Below are positions 28,116-37,389 of a stretch of 64,000 bases of DNA, piece after piece. This DNA comes from Defluviitaleaceae bacterium (GTDB lineage Bacteria > Bacillota > Clostridia > Lachnospirales > WRAA01). The notes beneath the pieces are model-generated. The model had not been told where the DNA came from, ran no database searches, and saw only the letters and a program-made list of their open reading frames with translations. A program made the position numbers and the translations under genes. The number at the start of each line of letters is the position of its first letter. The stretch's first letter is position 1. The stretch spans positions 12 to 64,011 of the forward strand of contig WRAW01000002.1 in NCBI GenBank assembly GCA_009780015.1, written 5' to 3'.

Positions 28116-28580
28116 ATGATTATTGAAACCGACAGGCTTGTATTGCGGGAGCTAACAACGGAAGACCTTGAGGAATTACATAACATTTTATCTGACCCTG
28201 AATCAATGCAACATTATCCAAATCCATTTACTTTTGAAAAATCAAAAGACTGGATTGAATGGAATATTGAGAATTACTCAGAATATGGGTTCGGATTATG
28301 GGCAGTAATTTTTAAAGCTGATAATAAATTTATAGGAGACTGCGGCATTACAATGCAAAATATCAATGGTGTTATGCAGCCTGAGATGGGATACCATATT
28401 GATAAAAGATACATAAGAAAGGGCTATGCAACAGAAGCGGCAAAGGCATGTATGGATTATGCTTTTTCGGTATTAAAATTTCAACAGCTATTTTCTTATA
28501 TGAAATATACCAATATGCCTTCTCAAAGAGTTTCGCAGAAAAATGGCATGAAATTTCTTACGGATGTATTCGGCATTTGA
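28116..28580 (+). CDS. GNAT family N-acetyltransferase (RimJ/RimL-like)
   Basis: Motifs are IETDRLVLRELTTEDLEELHNILSDPESMQHY and GYHIDKRYIRKGYATEAAKA. A GGAG ribosome-binding site precedes the ATG. Confidence 0.8.
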   Translation: MIIETDRLVLRELTTEDLEELHNILSDPESMQHYPNPFTFEKSKDWIEWNIENYSEYGFGLWAVIFKADNKFIGDCGITMQNINGVMQPEMGYHIDKRYIRKGYATEAAKACMDYAFSVLKFQQLFSYMKYTNMPSQRVSQKNGMKFLTDVFGI

Positions 28581-28645
28581 AAAGTGCAGCGTTTGGCGCC
28601 GCGTCCATTTGTTCGTTTAGAGAGTTAAAGTGTTGACAACAGGAA

Positions 28646-28757
28646 CCCATTTATGTGATAATAGCAGGCTAACGGCAGACTGCACGCCCATCCCGCAAAA
28701 GGCGCGGGACGGGCATTCAGCCTGCCGGCGCTTCGCGCAGCCTATCACATAAATCCC
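28646..28757. repeat. Palindromic intergenic element, copy F (a different terminal-repeat subtype)
   Basis: The terminal inverted repeats are cccatttatgtgata..ggct and agcctatcacataaatccc. The interior has a GC-rich hairpin (gcccatcccgc-aaaag-gcgcgggacgggc). The design matches the other elements. Confidence 0.45.
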
Positions 28758-29166
28758 TCTTGTAAACACATGAAATCTCGTTCTCCAAATGGATGCAGGG
28801 TGCTGCATTTTTGGGTGCCATATGTTGCACACCCCGGTGCCAAACGCTGCACTTTTTAATTGCCAAACACATACGGAATATAAGTGTGAGAAAAATGAGA
28901 TTACAAGGGTATACGGTATTAAAATTAAAGAATATCAGGAGCTTCATAATATAGAATCAATGCAATTTAGGTTTAAAGCAAATTTATGAGCTGTTAGGGT
29001 GAAAATAATGTAATTCAGGGAACTTCGCCACAATAATACCGAAGTTGTGGCAGGATCCGTGCTTACGCTGTTTACCACCTATGCGCAATACTGAAATAAA
29101 TGAATATTACTCTATGGGAATATTCAAAGATGGCGCAGTAGATTAAGTATTAGGGTTTATCATGCA

Positions 29167-29200
29167 GTTGGGGAAGCTTTTTATAAAAAGCTTCCCCAAC
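29167..29200. other. Perfect 34-bp palindrome upstream of etfB (terminator or operator candidate)
   Basis: The two halves gttggggaagcttttta and taaaaagcttccccaac are exact reverse complements. The palindrome is followed by aagttttg. Confidence 0.6.
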
Positions 29201-29231
29201 AAGTTTTGAATTAATCAGGGGAGAGATATTT

Positions 29232-30032
29232 TTGAATATAATCGTATTGATAAAGGAAGTTCCGGATATGGAACGCGTCAGGTTTGACAGGGCGAGAGGG
29301 GTCATTGACCGAATATCTTCCGAAGGAGAGATAAATCCCCTGGACTTGTGGGCTCTTCAAAGCGCTGTGGACATCAAAAACCGTCACGGAGGATGTGTGA
29401 CGGCTATGTCAATGGGACCTGAGCGCAGTATCGCCTCACTTAGAGACGCATTCGCCAGAGGCGCCGATAACTGTATACTGCTTAGCGACAGGCGCTTTGC
29501 CGGCTCAGATACATATGCTACCAGCCGAGTGCTTGCCGGGGCAATATCCCGTATGAATCCGGATCTAATTATTTGCGGCGAGAAAACCGTAGACGGCGAT
29601 ACGGCCCAAGTAGGGGCCGAGGTAGCCGAACTTTTGGATATACCTCACAGCTATTACGTGGAAAGTATCGACAGCATGGAAGACAGCGGCGTCGTTGTAA
29701 CGGTATCTGATATATGCGGTTCAAAGCAGCAGCGCCGGATGAAACTTCCCGCACTGATTGCCGTAAACAGAAGCATAGCATATCCCCTGCTCCCTGCTCT
29801 TGAAAGGAAGCTGGAATCAATTTCGCTGAATGTGCAAAAAATGGGAATTTCCGAGCTGTCCGGCGTGGTCGGAGAGAATGATGCGGGGCTTAACGGATCC
29901 CCCACCAAGGTATCCAAAATAGTAATCCCTGATATTGTCAAGAGAAAGGGTAAAATTTTTCAAAACGACGGCTCGGATAACTTTATTAACGCTTTTAAAA
30001 CCGCAGTTCAAAGGAGGCCGGGCCATGAGTAA
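29232..30032 (+). CDS. etfB: Electron transfer flavoprotein, beta subunit
   Basis: The N-terminus is MNIIVLIKEVPD. Other motifs are typical of EtfB (CGEKTVDGDTAQVG). The start codon is TTG, after a GGGGAGAG ribosome-binding site. Confidence 0.85.
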   Translation: MNIIVLIKEVPDMERVRFDRARGVIDRISSEGEINPLDLWALQSAVDIKNRHGGCVTAMSMGPERSIASLRDAFARGADNCILLSDRRFAGSDTYATSRVLAGAISRMNPDLIICGEKTVDGDTAQVGAEVAELLDIPHSYYVESIDSMEDSGVVVTVSDICGSKQQRRMKLPALIAVNRSIAYPLLPALERKLESISLNVQKMGISELSGVVGENDAGLNGSPTKVSKIVIPDIVKRKGKIFQNDGSDNFINAFKTAVQRRPGHE

Positions 30033-31002
30033 TTGGGACGGAGTGATGATATTAGCCGAGACACGTGGCGACTCGATACATCCAGTAAGCTACGAACTGC
30101 TTGGCAAGGGCAGGGAGCTTGCCGACCAGCTTGGGTGTAGGCTGGACTGCCTTATGCTGTGCGAGAATACACACGCTTCCGCCGAGCTGAACTATTACGG
30201 CGCGGATACGGTTTACGCCATGTGTTCGGAATCGTTCAAACATCCCGAAGAAGGACTGTACAAATCCAATATAGTGCCGTTTATACAGGAGCGAAAGCCC
30301 GGTATTGTATTGGTTGGGGCGACCAATTTTGGGCGTTCGCTTGCACCGCGCGTAGCCGCGGCCCTGCACACCGGCCTGACTGCCGACTGTACCGCTCTTT
30401 CTGTAGGAGCTGACGGCAGACTCGTACAAATACGCCCTGCGTTCAGCGACAACATCCTGGCTCATATAACGACAAACTCCTATCCACAGATGGCCACCGT
30501 GCGGCATGGGGAGTTCAGCGCGCCGCCACGCGACCCAAGCAGGAAAGCAAATGTCATAGAAGTTCCGCTAATCGCCTTACAGTACGCCCAATCAGCCATA
30601 ATCGGGTCAACCGTAAGGCAAGCCCGTGACATAGCCGAAGCCGACGTAATTGTGGCCTGCGGAAGGGGCGTAAAGTCGCCGGAAGACATTGCGATCGCTC
30701 AAAGGCTGGCAGAACTCCTTGGGGGGCAAGTAGGATTTTCACGCGCCTTGGTGGACGCCGGCATGGCCGACGCGTCTTGCCAAGTAGGATACAGCGGCGT
30801 AAGGGTAAGGCCAAGGCTGTACATAGCCTGCGGCATTTCAGGGGCTCCGCAGCACCTGGCAGGTATGAAGGAATCCGGAACAATAATCGCTGTAAATCAC
30901 GACGCATCGGCGCCTATTTTTGGAGTTTGCGACATCGGTTACACAGGCGACTTGTATGACATACTCCCGCGCCTGATAAAGGAATTGGAGGCTGGCTTAT
31001 GA
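30025..31002 (+). CDS. etfA: Electron transfer flavoprotein, alpha subunit
   Basis: An AGGAGG ribosome-binding site precedes the ATG at 30025. The C-terminal FAD-binding motif is YIACGISGAPQHLAGM..SGTIIAVNHD. Confidence 0.85.
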   Translation: MSNWDGVMILAETRGDSIHPVSYELLGKGRELADQLGCRLDCLMLCENTHASAELNYYGADTVYAMCSESFKHPEEGLYKSNIVPFIQERKPGIVLVGATNFGRSLAPRVAAALHTGLTADCTALSVGADGRLVQIRPAFSDNILAHITTNSYPQMATVRHGEFSAPPRDPSRKANVIEVPLIALQYAQSAIIGSTVRQARDIAEADVIVACGRGVKSPEDIAIAQRLAELLGGQVGFSRALVDAGMADASCQVGYSGVRVRPRLYIACGISGAPQHLAGMKESGTIIAVNHDASAPIFGVCDIGYTGDLYDILPRLIKELEAGL

Positions 31003-32405
31003 ATTCTATCAATAAATCAATAGCCGAAAGCTTGTGCCGCATTGTCGGAGAGGATTTCGTAATTGAGGATTTGGACAAAAAACAATCCTATCTATACGAC
31101 CAGGTTATGGAAACTGTTAGGCCTGCGGCCAACGAAAATTCTATTGTGGTCAAACCCTCCTGTACCGATGAAATATCCAAAATCATGAGGCTTGCAAATG
31201 ACAACGCCGTCCCGGTCGTTGTGCGAGGCGGAGGTACGGGGCTGAGCGGAGGGGCCATACCCGTCAGGGAAAGCATCGTAATGTCTATGGAAAGGCTGAA
31301 CAATATCCTGGAGGTCGACCGCGCAAACATGGTGGCCGTTTTAGAACCAGGAGTTACGTTGGCGGACATTATCGAAGAAATGGATAATCACCAGGGGATA
31401 TGGTTCCCGGCTCATCCGGGGGATGAGGGTGCTCATATCGGCGGCATGGCAGCCACCAACGCGGGAGGCTCAAGGGCGGTTAAGCACGGTGTTATGAGAA
31501 AGCACATCCAGGGTATGGAAGTTGTTCTTGCAAACGGCGAGGTCGTCAATCTGGGCGGCAAGCTCGTAAAAGATAACGCAGGTTATAATCTGATGAATCT
31601 GATTATAGGCAGCGACGGCACCCTTGCGGTGATCACCAAGGTCATATTAAGACTTTATCCCGAGGAGAAGTATTCCGGTACGATTATCGCGTCCTTTGAG
31701 AGTCTGACGGACGCGTCGGCGGCGTGCCTGGAGATAATTGCGTCGGGAAGCGTCCCCCTTGCGGTGGAATATCAAGACAGAGACCTTTGGAGAGGTACGG
31801 CCAGGATGGTCGGCAGAAAGTGGCAGCTTGAAAAAGGAGACGCAGACATCATGATAATAGTCAGCGAACCAGACGAAGAAAAATTCTACTCGACCTGCCG
31901 CAGAATATACGAAGTATGCAAAAAAAACAAAGCCTGCGAGCAATATTTCGCCGGCAAAAAAAGCGAGCAGGCCGACCTATTGAAAATTCGCAGCCAAATG
32001 TACGAATTCTCCAGGCAAAGAACCAGCCACGCCTTTGATATGGCAGTGCCGGTCGGACAAATAGCCGCTTTCCTGGGCGATTTGCGAAAGCTCTTCGCTA
32101 AGTACGATACCACAACCAACATAACGGCTCACGTGGCCGACGGCAACATCCACAATGATATCTTGCTTATCAACGGCAAAACCGCCCCATACGTTGAAGA
32201 ACTAAAGACAGAAATGTATGCCCTTTGCTTTAGCTATGGAGGCACTATAACAGGTGAGCACGGCGTAGGCAAGCTTAGGCGCAAAGATTTGACAAAACAA
32301 AAAAGCGAAACGGAACTTGCTCTAATGCGGGGAATCAAACATACGTTTGACCCAAAAGGCATATTAAATCCAGATACACTGCTGGAATCTACATGCCTTG
32401 TGTGA
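30999..32405 (+). CDS. FAD-linked oxidase (GlcD / D-lactate dehydrogenase family)
   Basis: The FAD_binding_4 pattern is VVVRGGGTGLSGGAIP. The C-terminus reads GTITGEHGVGKLRR...FDPKGILNP. Its start overlaps the etfA stop. Confidence 0.8.
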   Translation: MNSINKSIAESLCRIVGEDFVIEDLDKKQSYLYDQVMETVRPAANENSIVVKPSCTDEISKIMRLANDNAVPVVVRGGGTGLSGGAIPVRESIVMSMERLNNILEVDRANMVAVLEPGVTLADIIEEMDNHQGIWFPAHPGDEGAHIGGMAATNAGGSRAVKHGVMRKHIQGMEVVLANGEVVNLGGKLVKDNAGYNLMNLIIGSDGTLAVITKVILRLYPEEKYSGTIIASFESLTDASAACLEIIASGSVPLAVEYQDRDLWRGTARMVGRKWQLEKGDADIMIIVSEPDEEKFYSTCRRIYEVCKKNKACEQYFAGKKSEQADLLKIRSQMYEFSRQRTSHAFDMAVPVGQIAAFLGDLRKLFAKYDTTTNITAHVADGNIHNDILLINGKTAPYVEELKTEMYALCFSYGGTITGEHGVGKLRRKDLTKQKSETELALMRGIKHTFDPKGILNPDTLLESTCLV

Positions 32406-32452
32406 AAGATATGCTATAATAACTTGTAGACTTATAATAGAGTGATGGTGAT

Positions 32453-35170
32453 GTGGTGCAGCAACTTACATGGGATGCCATACAATCAAATGCGATAGCC
32501 TTTTCAAAGAAATGGCAAAAAGCCAAAAATGAAGAAGCGGAAGCGCAAGGTTTCCAGCTTGATTTTCTGCGTATCTTTGGTGTAGACGAGCCTATGGCTG
32601 TTGGAGATTTTGAGTATAGGGTTCCGCTTGCCGGCGGCAGAACTGGCTATATAGATTATGTTTGGAAAAGCAAAATTGCTATTGAGATGAAGAGCCGCGG
32701 CAAGAGTCTTGATGAAGCCTTTACGCAGCTGCAAAACTATATGCAGAATCTTCCCACTGATGAAATCCCCGACCTGTGGATGGTCTGTGATTTTGAAAAC
32801 ATAAGGCTTTGCCGCCGATCCACAAATGAGATATGGAACTTCAAAACCAAAGACCTTCGCAAGCATATCAAACGCTTTGCCGACATTGCAGGCTATGAGA
32901 CCGAGCGCGACAAAGGCGAACAGATAGAAGTCAACGTAAAGGCCGCCGAAAAAATGGCCAAGCTATATGACGCGCTAAGAGACCACGGCTATGAGGGACA
33001 AGAGCTTGAGGTTTACTTGGTGCGTTTACTATTTTGTTTGTTTGCTGACGATACAGGTATCTTCCCCAAGGATAGTCTTTACAATTATTTTGAACGATCC
33101 AAGGCGGACGGAAGCGATCTAACCCACCGCATCGCCGACCTCTTTGAAGTTCTAAATATGTCCGAAGATATTCGCGCTAAGAAGTCGCTGCTTTCTGACG
33201 AACTAAAGCAATTCCGCTACATAAACGGCAAGCTATTCGCCGACAGACTGCCCCCTGCCGACTTCAACGCCAAGATGAGGCAAACTCTTTTGGAGTGCCT
33301 TAATTTCAATTGGAACAAGATAAGCCCTGCCATCTTCGGCGCCATGTTCCAAGGTGTTATGAACAAGTCGAAGCGCAGAGAAATGGGAGCGCACTATACA
33401 AGCGAAGAAAATATCGAAAAGCTAATCAACCCCTTGTTCATGGATGAACTTTGGAAAGATTTCGACAAGGTAAAGACCGATCCTGCCGCTCTTGACCGCT
33501 TTCACGACAAAATATCTAGGCTAAAATTTCTTGACCCTGCCTGCGGCTGCGGAAATTTCCTTATAGTCACCTATGGCAAGCTGAGGGAGCTTGAGCTTGA
33601 AATTCTAAAAATGAAAGCCGGCACAAACCAGCTTATAATAGACATCACGCCAATGTTGAAAGTAAGCGTGGAGCAGTTTTATGGTATAGAACTTGAAGAA
33701 TTTGCTTGCCAAATAGCTCAGGTTGGTATGTGGCTTATTGACCACCAAATGAATTTGCGTGTGTCAGAACAGTTCGGTATGTATTTTGCCAGGCTGCCTC
33801 TATCACAGGGGGCAGTCATCGTACACGGCAACGCCCTGCGGTTGGATTGGGAGAGCATCGTCTCCAAGCACGAACTTTCGTATATACTAGGCAATCCGCC
33901 GTTTGTTGGATTGTCACTGCGCAATACTCAGCAACAAGAGGATATGGATATTGTTTTCAAATATAACGAAAGAGCGGGGCGATTGGATTATGTTGCCGCA
34001 TGGTATAAAAAGGCGTCCAACTTTGTGCGAAATACCTTCATTGAAGTTGCTTTCGTATCCACCAATAGCATTACCCAAGGCGAACAAGTCCCCATTTTGT
34101 GGAGTGGCATGAAAGAGAGTGAATCAGAAATAAACTTCGCCCATCGCACATTTATCTGGAGCAACGAAGCCAAGGGAAAAGCAGCCGTCCATTGTGTCAT
34201 CATAGGATTCTCTCAACGCAACCACAAAGTAAAGCGATTGTTTGAGTACGATTATGAAGGCGAATTAGTAGTACATGAAGTTAAGCACATCAATGGCTAT
34301 CTAGTTGCAGCCGAAAATGTGTTTGTTGAGTTGCGCGGAAAAGCAAGAGTGGGGTTTCCAAAACTAGTTCAAGGAAGCAAACCTTGGGACGGAGGATTTC
34401 TAATACTGTCAGAAGAGGAAAGACAAGAGTTGCTGCGAAAATATCCTGAAACATCGGCGTTTATTAAGCAATATGTAGGTTCTCAGGAATTTATAAATAG
34501 CACGAAGAGATATTGCCTGTGGCTTCAAAACGTACCTCCTACTGCATATCGAAATATTCCTGACATTATGGAACGTTTGGACGGCGTGAGAAAGATTAGG
34601 CGAAAGACAAAGACTGTAGCAGTACAAAAACAAGCGGATATACCAATGCTTTTTTCGCAAATTCGTCAACCTACAACAAACTATTTGCTTGTTCCCGAAA
34701 CTTCATCTGAAAATAGGCGCTATATCCCGATAGGTTTTATGCCGCCAGATATTATAGCGAGCAATGCAACTCTTGTCGCTGAAAACGCTACGCTTTATCA
34801 CTTTGGGATTCTAACATCAAATGTACATATGGCATGGACTCGGACTGTGTGCGGAAGGCTGAAAAGCGATTACCGTTATTCGCCATCGATCTACAACAAC
34901 TTTCCTTGGCCAGAGGCAAACAACAAACATCAGGCAGAAATCGAGAAGTTGGCGCAATCCATATTGGGCGCAAGGGCAAGCTACCCTGAAAGCTCCCTAG
35001 CCGATCTCTATGACCCTCTAACCATGCCGCCAGACCTGCTAAAAGCCCACCAAAACCTCGACCGTGCCGTGATGAAGCTGTACGGCTTCCCCGTCAAGAA
35101 TTTCACCGAGGCGGATTGTGTGGGGGCGTTGATGGGGCTGTATCGGGAATTGATAGACAGAGGGGAATAG
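32453..35170 (+). CDS. MmeI-family type IIL (fused endonuclease, N6-adenine methyltransferase and specificity domain) restriction-modification enzyme
   Basis: The N-terminus has a PD-(D/E)xK-like D-x9-E-x-K motif (IDYVWKSKIAIEMK). A FLDPACGCGNF SAM motif and an NPPF catalytic motif (LGNPPFVG) are present. The length of 905 aa and the domain order match MmeI-like enzymes. Confidence 0.8.
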   Translation: MVQQLTWDAIQSNAIAFSKKWQKAKNEEAEAQGFQLDFLRIFGVDEPMAVGDFEYRVPLAGGRTGYIDYVWKSKIAIEMKSRGKSLDEAFTQLQNYMQNLPTDEIPDLWMVCDFENIRLCRRSTNEIWNFKTKDLRKHIKRFADIAGYETERDKGEQIEVNVKAAEKMAKLYDALRDHGYEGQELEVYLVRLLFCLFADDTGIFPKDSLYNYFERSKADGSDLTHRIADLFEVLNMSEDIRAKKSLLSDELKQFRYINGKLFADRLPPADFNAKMRQTLLECLNFNWNKISPAIFGAMFQGVMNKSKRREMGAHYTSEENIEKLINPLFMDELWKDFDKVKTDPAALDRFHDKISRLKFLDPACGCGNFLIVTYGKLRELELEILKMKAGTNQLIIDITPMLKVSVEQFYGIELEEFACQIAQVGMWLIDHQMNLRVSEQFGMYFARLPLSQGAVIVHGNALRLDWESIVSKHELSYILGNPPFVGLSLRNTQQQEDMDIVFKYNERAGRLDYVAAWYKKASNFVRNTFIEVAFVSTNSITQGEQVPILWSGMKESESEINFAHRTFIWSNEAKGKAAVHCVIIGFSQRNHKVKRLFEYDYEGELVVHEVKHINGYLVAAENVFVELRGKARVGFPKLVQGSKPWDGGFLILSEEERQELLRKYPETSAFIKQYVGSQEFINSTKRYCLWLQNVPPTAYRNIPDIMERLDGVRKIRRKTKTVAVQKQADIPMLFSQIRQPTTNYLLVPETSSENRRYIPIGFMPPDIIASNATLVAENATLYHFGILTSNVHMAWTRTVCGRLKSDYRYSPSIYNNFPWPEANNKHQAEIEKLAQSILGARASYPESSLADLYDPLTMPPDLLKAHQNLDRAVMKLYGFPVKNFTEADCVGALMGLYRELIDRGE

Positions 35171-35241
35171 CGAAAAATTAAATAATATTATTGACAAACT
35201 ATATTTTCATGTGTGAATATATTACGAAGAGGTGTATTGGG

Positions 35242-36120
35242 ATGGATATAAGTGAAAGACAACCAACATATAAGCGACAACGTTTTTTGCTAACGTTTCT
35301 ACGGCAGCTTAACGGGGATATAACGGCCACAAATTTACAGAAATTAGTTTTTATGTACACTATGGCAGAAGATCCAATACACTATGATTTTGTTCCATAT
35401 AAGTTCGGTGCATACTCATTTCAACTTGAAGAGGATTTAAGTATACTCCAGCGCGACGGTTACGTGTCAATTAGCGTTGACTCAAAGCGTAGGCAGATTA
35501 AAGCACTTGGCAAATACGATCAAAAGCCCTCGTTTGTGATTTGTCCAGAGCGCGGTGATGATCTAATCCGCAAAACATATCAAAAATATCCATACTTCAC
35601 TATAAACAGTGAAATACTTGGGCGCATATTCAATAAAGCTGAATCGGAACAATATTTGATCGAAAGACAAAGTTACATCAACGAAAATCAAGTTTTATTT
35701 ACAATTGGGTATGAAGGCAAGAGCATTGAGAGTTTTGTAAATACACTAATACGCAATGGGATACGTAAGTTGTGTGATGTTCGTAAAAACCCGCTAAGTC
35801 GAAAGTTTGGATTTTCCAAAGGAAAGCTGCAACATATAATGGAAACAGTCAACATTGAGTATGAGCATTTACCGGAATTAGGCATTAAATCGGATAAACG
35901 TACTTTCCTGGAAATGCCAGAAGACTATGAAGCTTTGTTTGAAGAATATGCTAAAATGATGCCTAAACTTGAATCAGAGCTTGAGAAGCTGTATGCATTT
36001 TTTAATTTTAATAAGCGTATAGCTTTAATGTGTTATGAATTAGAACCAAAAATGTGCCATCGACATGTCATCAAAGATTGGTTAGTTAGTAAATTTTTGA
36101 TAAAGGGCAAGGACTTATGA
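35242..36120 (+). CDS. Fusion protein: N-terminal winged-helix/Panacea(DUF4065)-like region plus a C-terminal DUF488 domain
   Basis: The C-terminus carries DUF488 hallmarks (FTIGYEGKSIESFV..L...GI..L.DVR..P.SRK.GFSK..L...........Y.HLPELG...MCYE..P..CHRH.I). The N-terminal segment LQKLVFMY....YDFVPYKFGAYS resembles DUF4065. Its stop overlaps the start of the next gene (ATGA). Confidence 0.65.
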   Translation: MDISERQPTYKRQRFLLTFLRQLNGDITATNLQKLVFMYTMAEDPIHYDFVPYKFGAYSFQLEEDLSILQRDGYVSISVDSKRRQIKALGKYDQKPSFVICPERGDDLIRKTYQKYPYFTINSEILGRIFNKAESEQYLIERQSYINENQVLFTIGYEGKSIESFVNTLIRNGIRKLCDVRKNPLSRKFGFSKGKLQHIMETVNIEYEHLPELGIKSDKRTFLEMPEDYEALFEEYAKMMPKLESELEKLYAFFNFNKRIALMCYELEPKMCHRHVIKDWLVSKFLIKGKDL

Positions 36121-36953
36121 TAAGAGAAAAGAAACGAATTTATATTGTTGTTAAGACATACCCAACAATCTCGAAGGAGTACGCCGAACTTGTCTGCACG
36201 GCAGGTATACTTGAAGATGGTTCATGGATTCGTCTTTATCCTGTGCCTTTTAGAAAGCTAGATATGGATGAGAAATATCCAAAATATACATGGGTTGAAG
36301 TCGAAGTAGTTCGCAACACAAATGATTTTCGCCCAGAAACATATAGGCCAGATTTATCTACGATATTAGTTGGGGCAAGACCGTCCAAAGCTGATTGGAA
36401 TGAGCGGCGCAGAGTCATTTTCAACAACAAGACGATTTATACCAATCTCAAAGAGTTAATAGATAAAGCAAAGGAAGATGGAACTTCACTTGCTGTATTT
36501 AAACCATCAAAAATACTTGATTTTACTATTCAGAAAGTTGAACGCAACTGGGATTCGAACAAATTAGCTCTATTGAAAAGCTTGAGCCAACAAATGAATT
36601 TATTTCAAACACCCGAAGAGATTGATGAGGAATTTAAAGTCGTTAATAAGGTTCCGTACAAGTTCTCATATAAATTTGAGGATGGTTCTGGAAAGCAGTC
36701 AACTATGATGATTGAGGATTGGGAGATAGGTATGTTATATTTTAACTGTCTCTCTCGTGCAAATGGCGATGAAAAAATAGCAACTGCTAAAGTGAAGCAG
36801 ATGTATTTTGATGAATTTGCCAAAAAAGACTTACATTTCTTTTTAGGTACAACGAAGCAGTTTCATAACGTTGCACCAAACCCATTTATAATTATCGGCG
36901 TATTCTACCCACCGATGCCGATGAAAAATCAACAAATAAGCCTATTTGATTAA
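36117..36953 (+). CDS. Hypothetical protein (278 aa), translationally coupled to the DUF488 fusion gene
   Basis: It is a long open frame in an AT-rich region with a 4-nt ATGA overlap with the upstream gene. I recognise no domain in it. Confidence 0.6.
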   Translation: MIREKKRIYIVVKTYPTISKEYAELVCTAGILEDGSWIRLYPVPFRKLDMDEKYPKYTWVEVEVVRNTNDFRPETYRPDLSTILVGARPSKADWNERRRVIFNNKTIYTNLKELIDKAKEDGTSLAVFKPSKILDFTIQKVERNWDSNKLALLKSLSQQMNLFQTPEEIDEEFKVVNKVPYKFSYKFEDGSGKQSTMMIEDWEIGMLYFNCLSRANGDEKIATAKVKQMYFDEFAKKDLHFFLGTTKQFHNVAPNPFIIIGVFYPPMPMKNQQISLFD

Positions 36954-37049
36954 TTATAGTATGCTGACTACCCAATCAAGATTAAACACAAATGCGAACA
37001 CCTCTCCGACGAAAAAACATCGGCTAGGGTTCGCATTAGTTTCTAATTC

Positions 37050-37137
37050 CGGAAGCGGTGGGATTCGAACCCACGGTACCCGCAAAGGTACACCTGATTT
37101 CGAGTCAGGCCCGTTATAGCCACTTCGATACGCTTCC
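37050..37137 (-). tRNA. tRNA-Ser (anticodon CGA)
   Basis: The reverse complement folds as a cloverleaf: acceptor GGAAGCG/CGCTTCC, anticodon loop CU-CGA-AA, long variable arm and T-arm GGTTCGAATCC. CCA is not encoded. Confidence 0.9.
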
Positions 37138-37285
37138 ATATGTGTCACTTATAATGCGCCAAACTGCTTTAACATGCTTGATTAATACAGGCACTTAGAC
37201 ATGATACATTAACTATCGAGAAAAGTCAATATATTTGTTATCGGGAGGGCGTTGCATTAATTATCCTCTTTTTATTACCCATAAC

Positions 37286-37314
37286 TTGACACTGATAAAT
37301 TTCTGTCGTATAAT
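37286..37314 (+). promoter_or_regulatory. Near-consensus sigma-70 promoter for the secreted cyclophilin gene
   Basis: TTGACA, a 17-nt spacer, then TATAAT. Confidence 0.6.
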
Positions 37315-37389
37315 TATTAGTGATATAAAAAAGACGGTTTTATGCGTCTGCACTCTTGCAGCCCAAAACCAAAAAAAGGGAGGGAAATC

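Noticed and set aside
28617-28989. Small ORFs (28617..28832 -, 28717..28947 -, 28789..28989 +) and an apparent TTGACA/GATAAT promoter with a structured-RNA candidate at 28634-28830
   Set aside because: The apparent -10 box and the structured RNA are explained by the terminal inverted repeats and internal hairpin of palindromic element F. I recognised no riboswitch consensus in it. The ORFs lack ribosome-binding sites.
32405-37137. An integrated prophage or ICE at tRNA-Ser
   Set aside because: There is no integrase, no phage or conjugation genes, and no visible direct repeat of the tRNA 3' end at the distal boundary. I treat it only as a small accessory island.
36954-37148. ORF 36954..37148 (-), 64 aa
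   Set aside because: It is the antisense or sense shadow of the tRNA-Ser gene and its flank, not a protein-coding gene.
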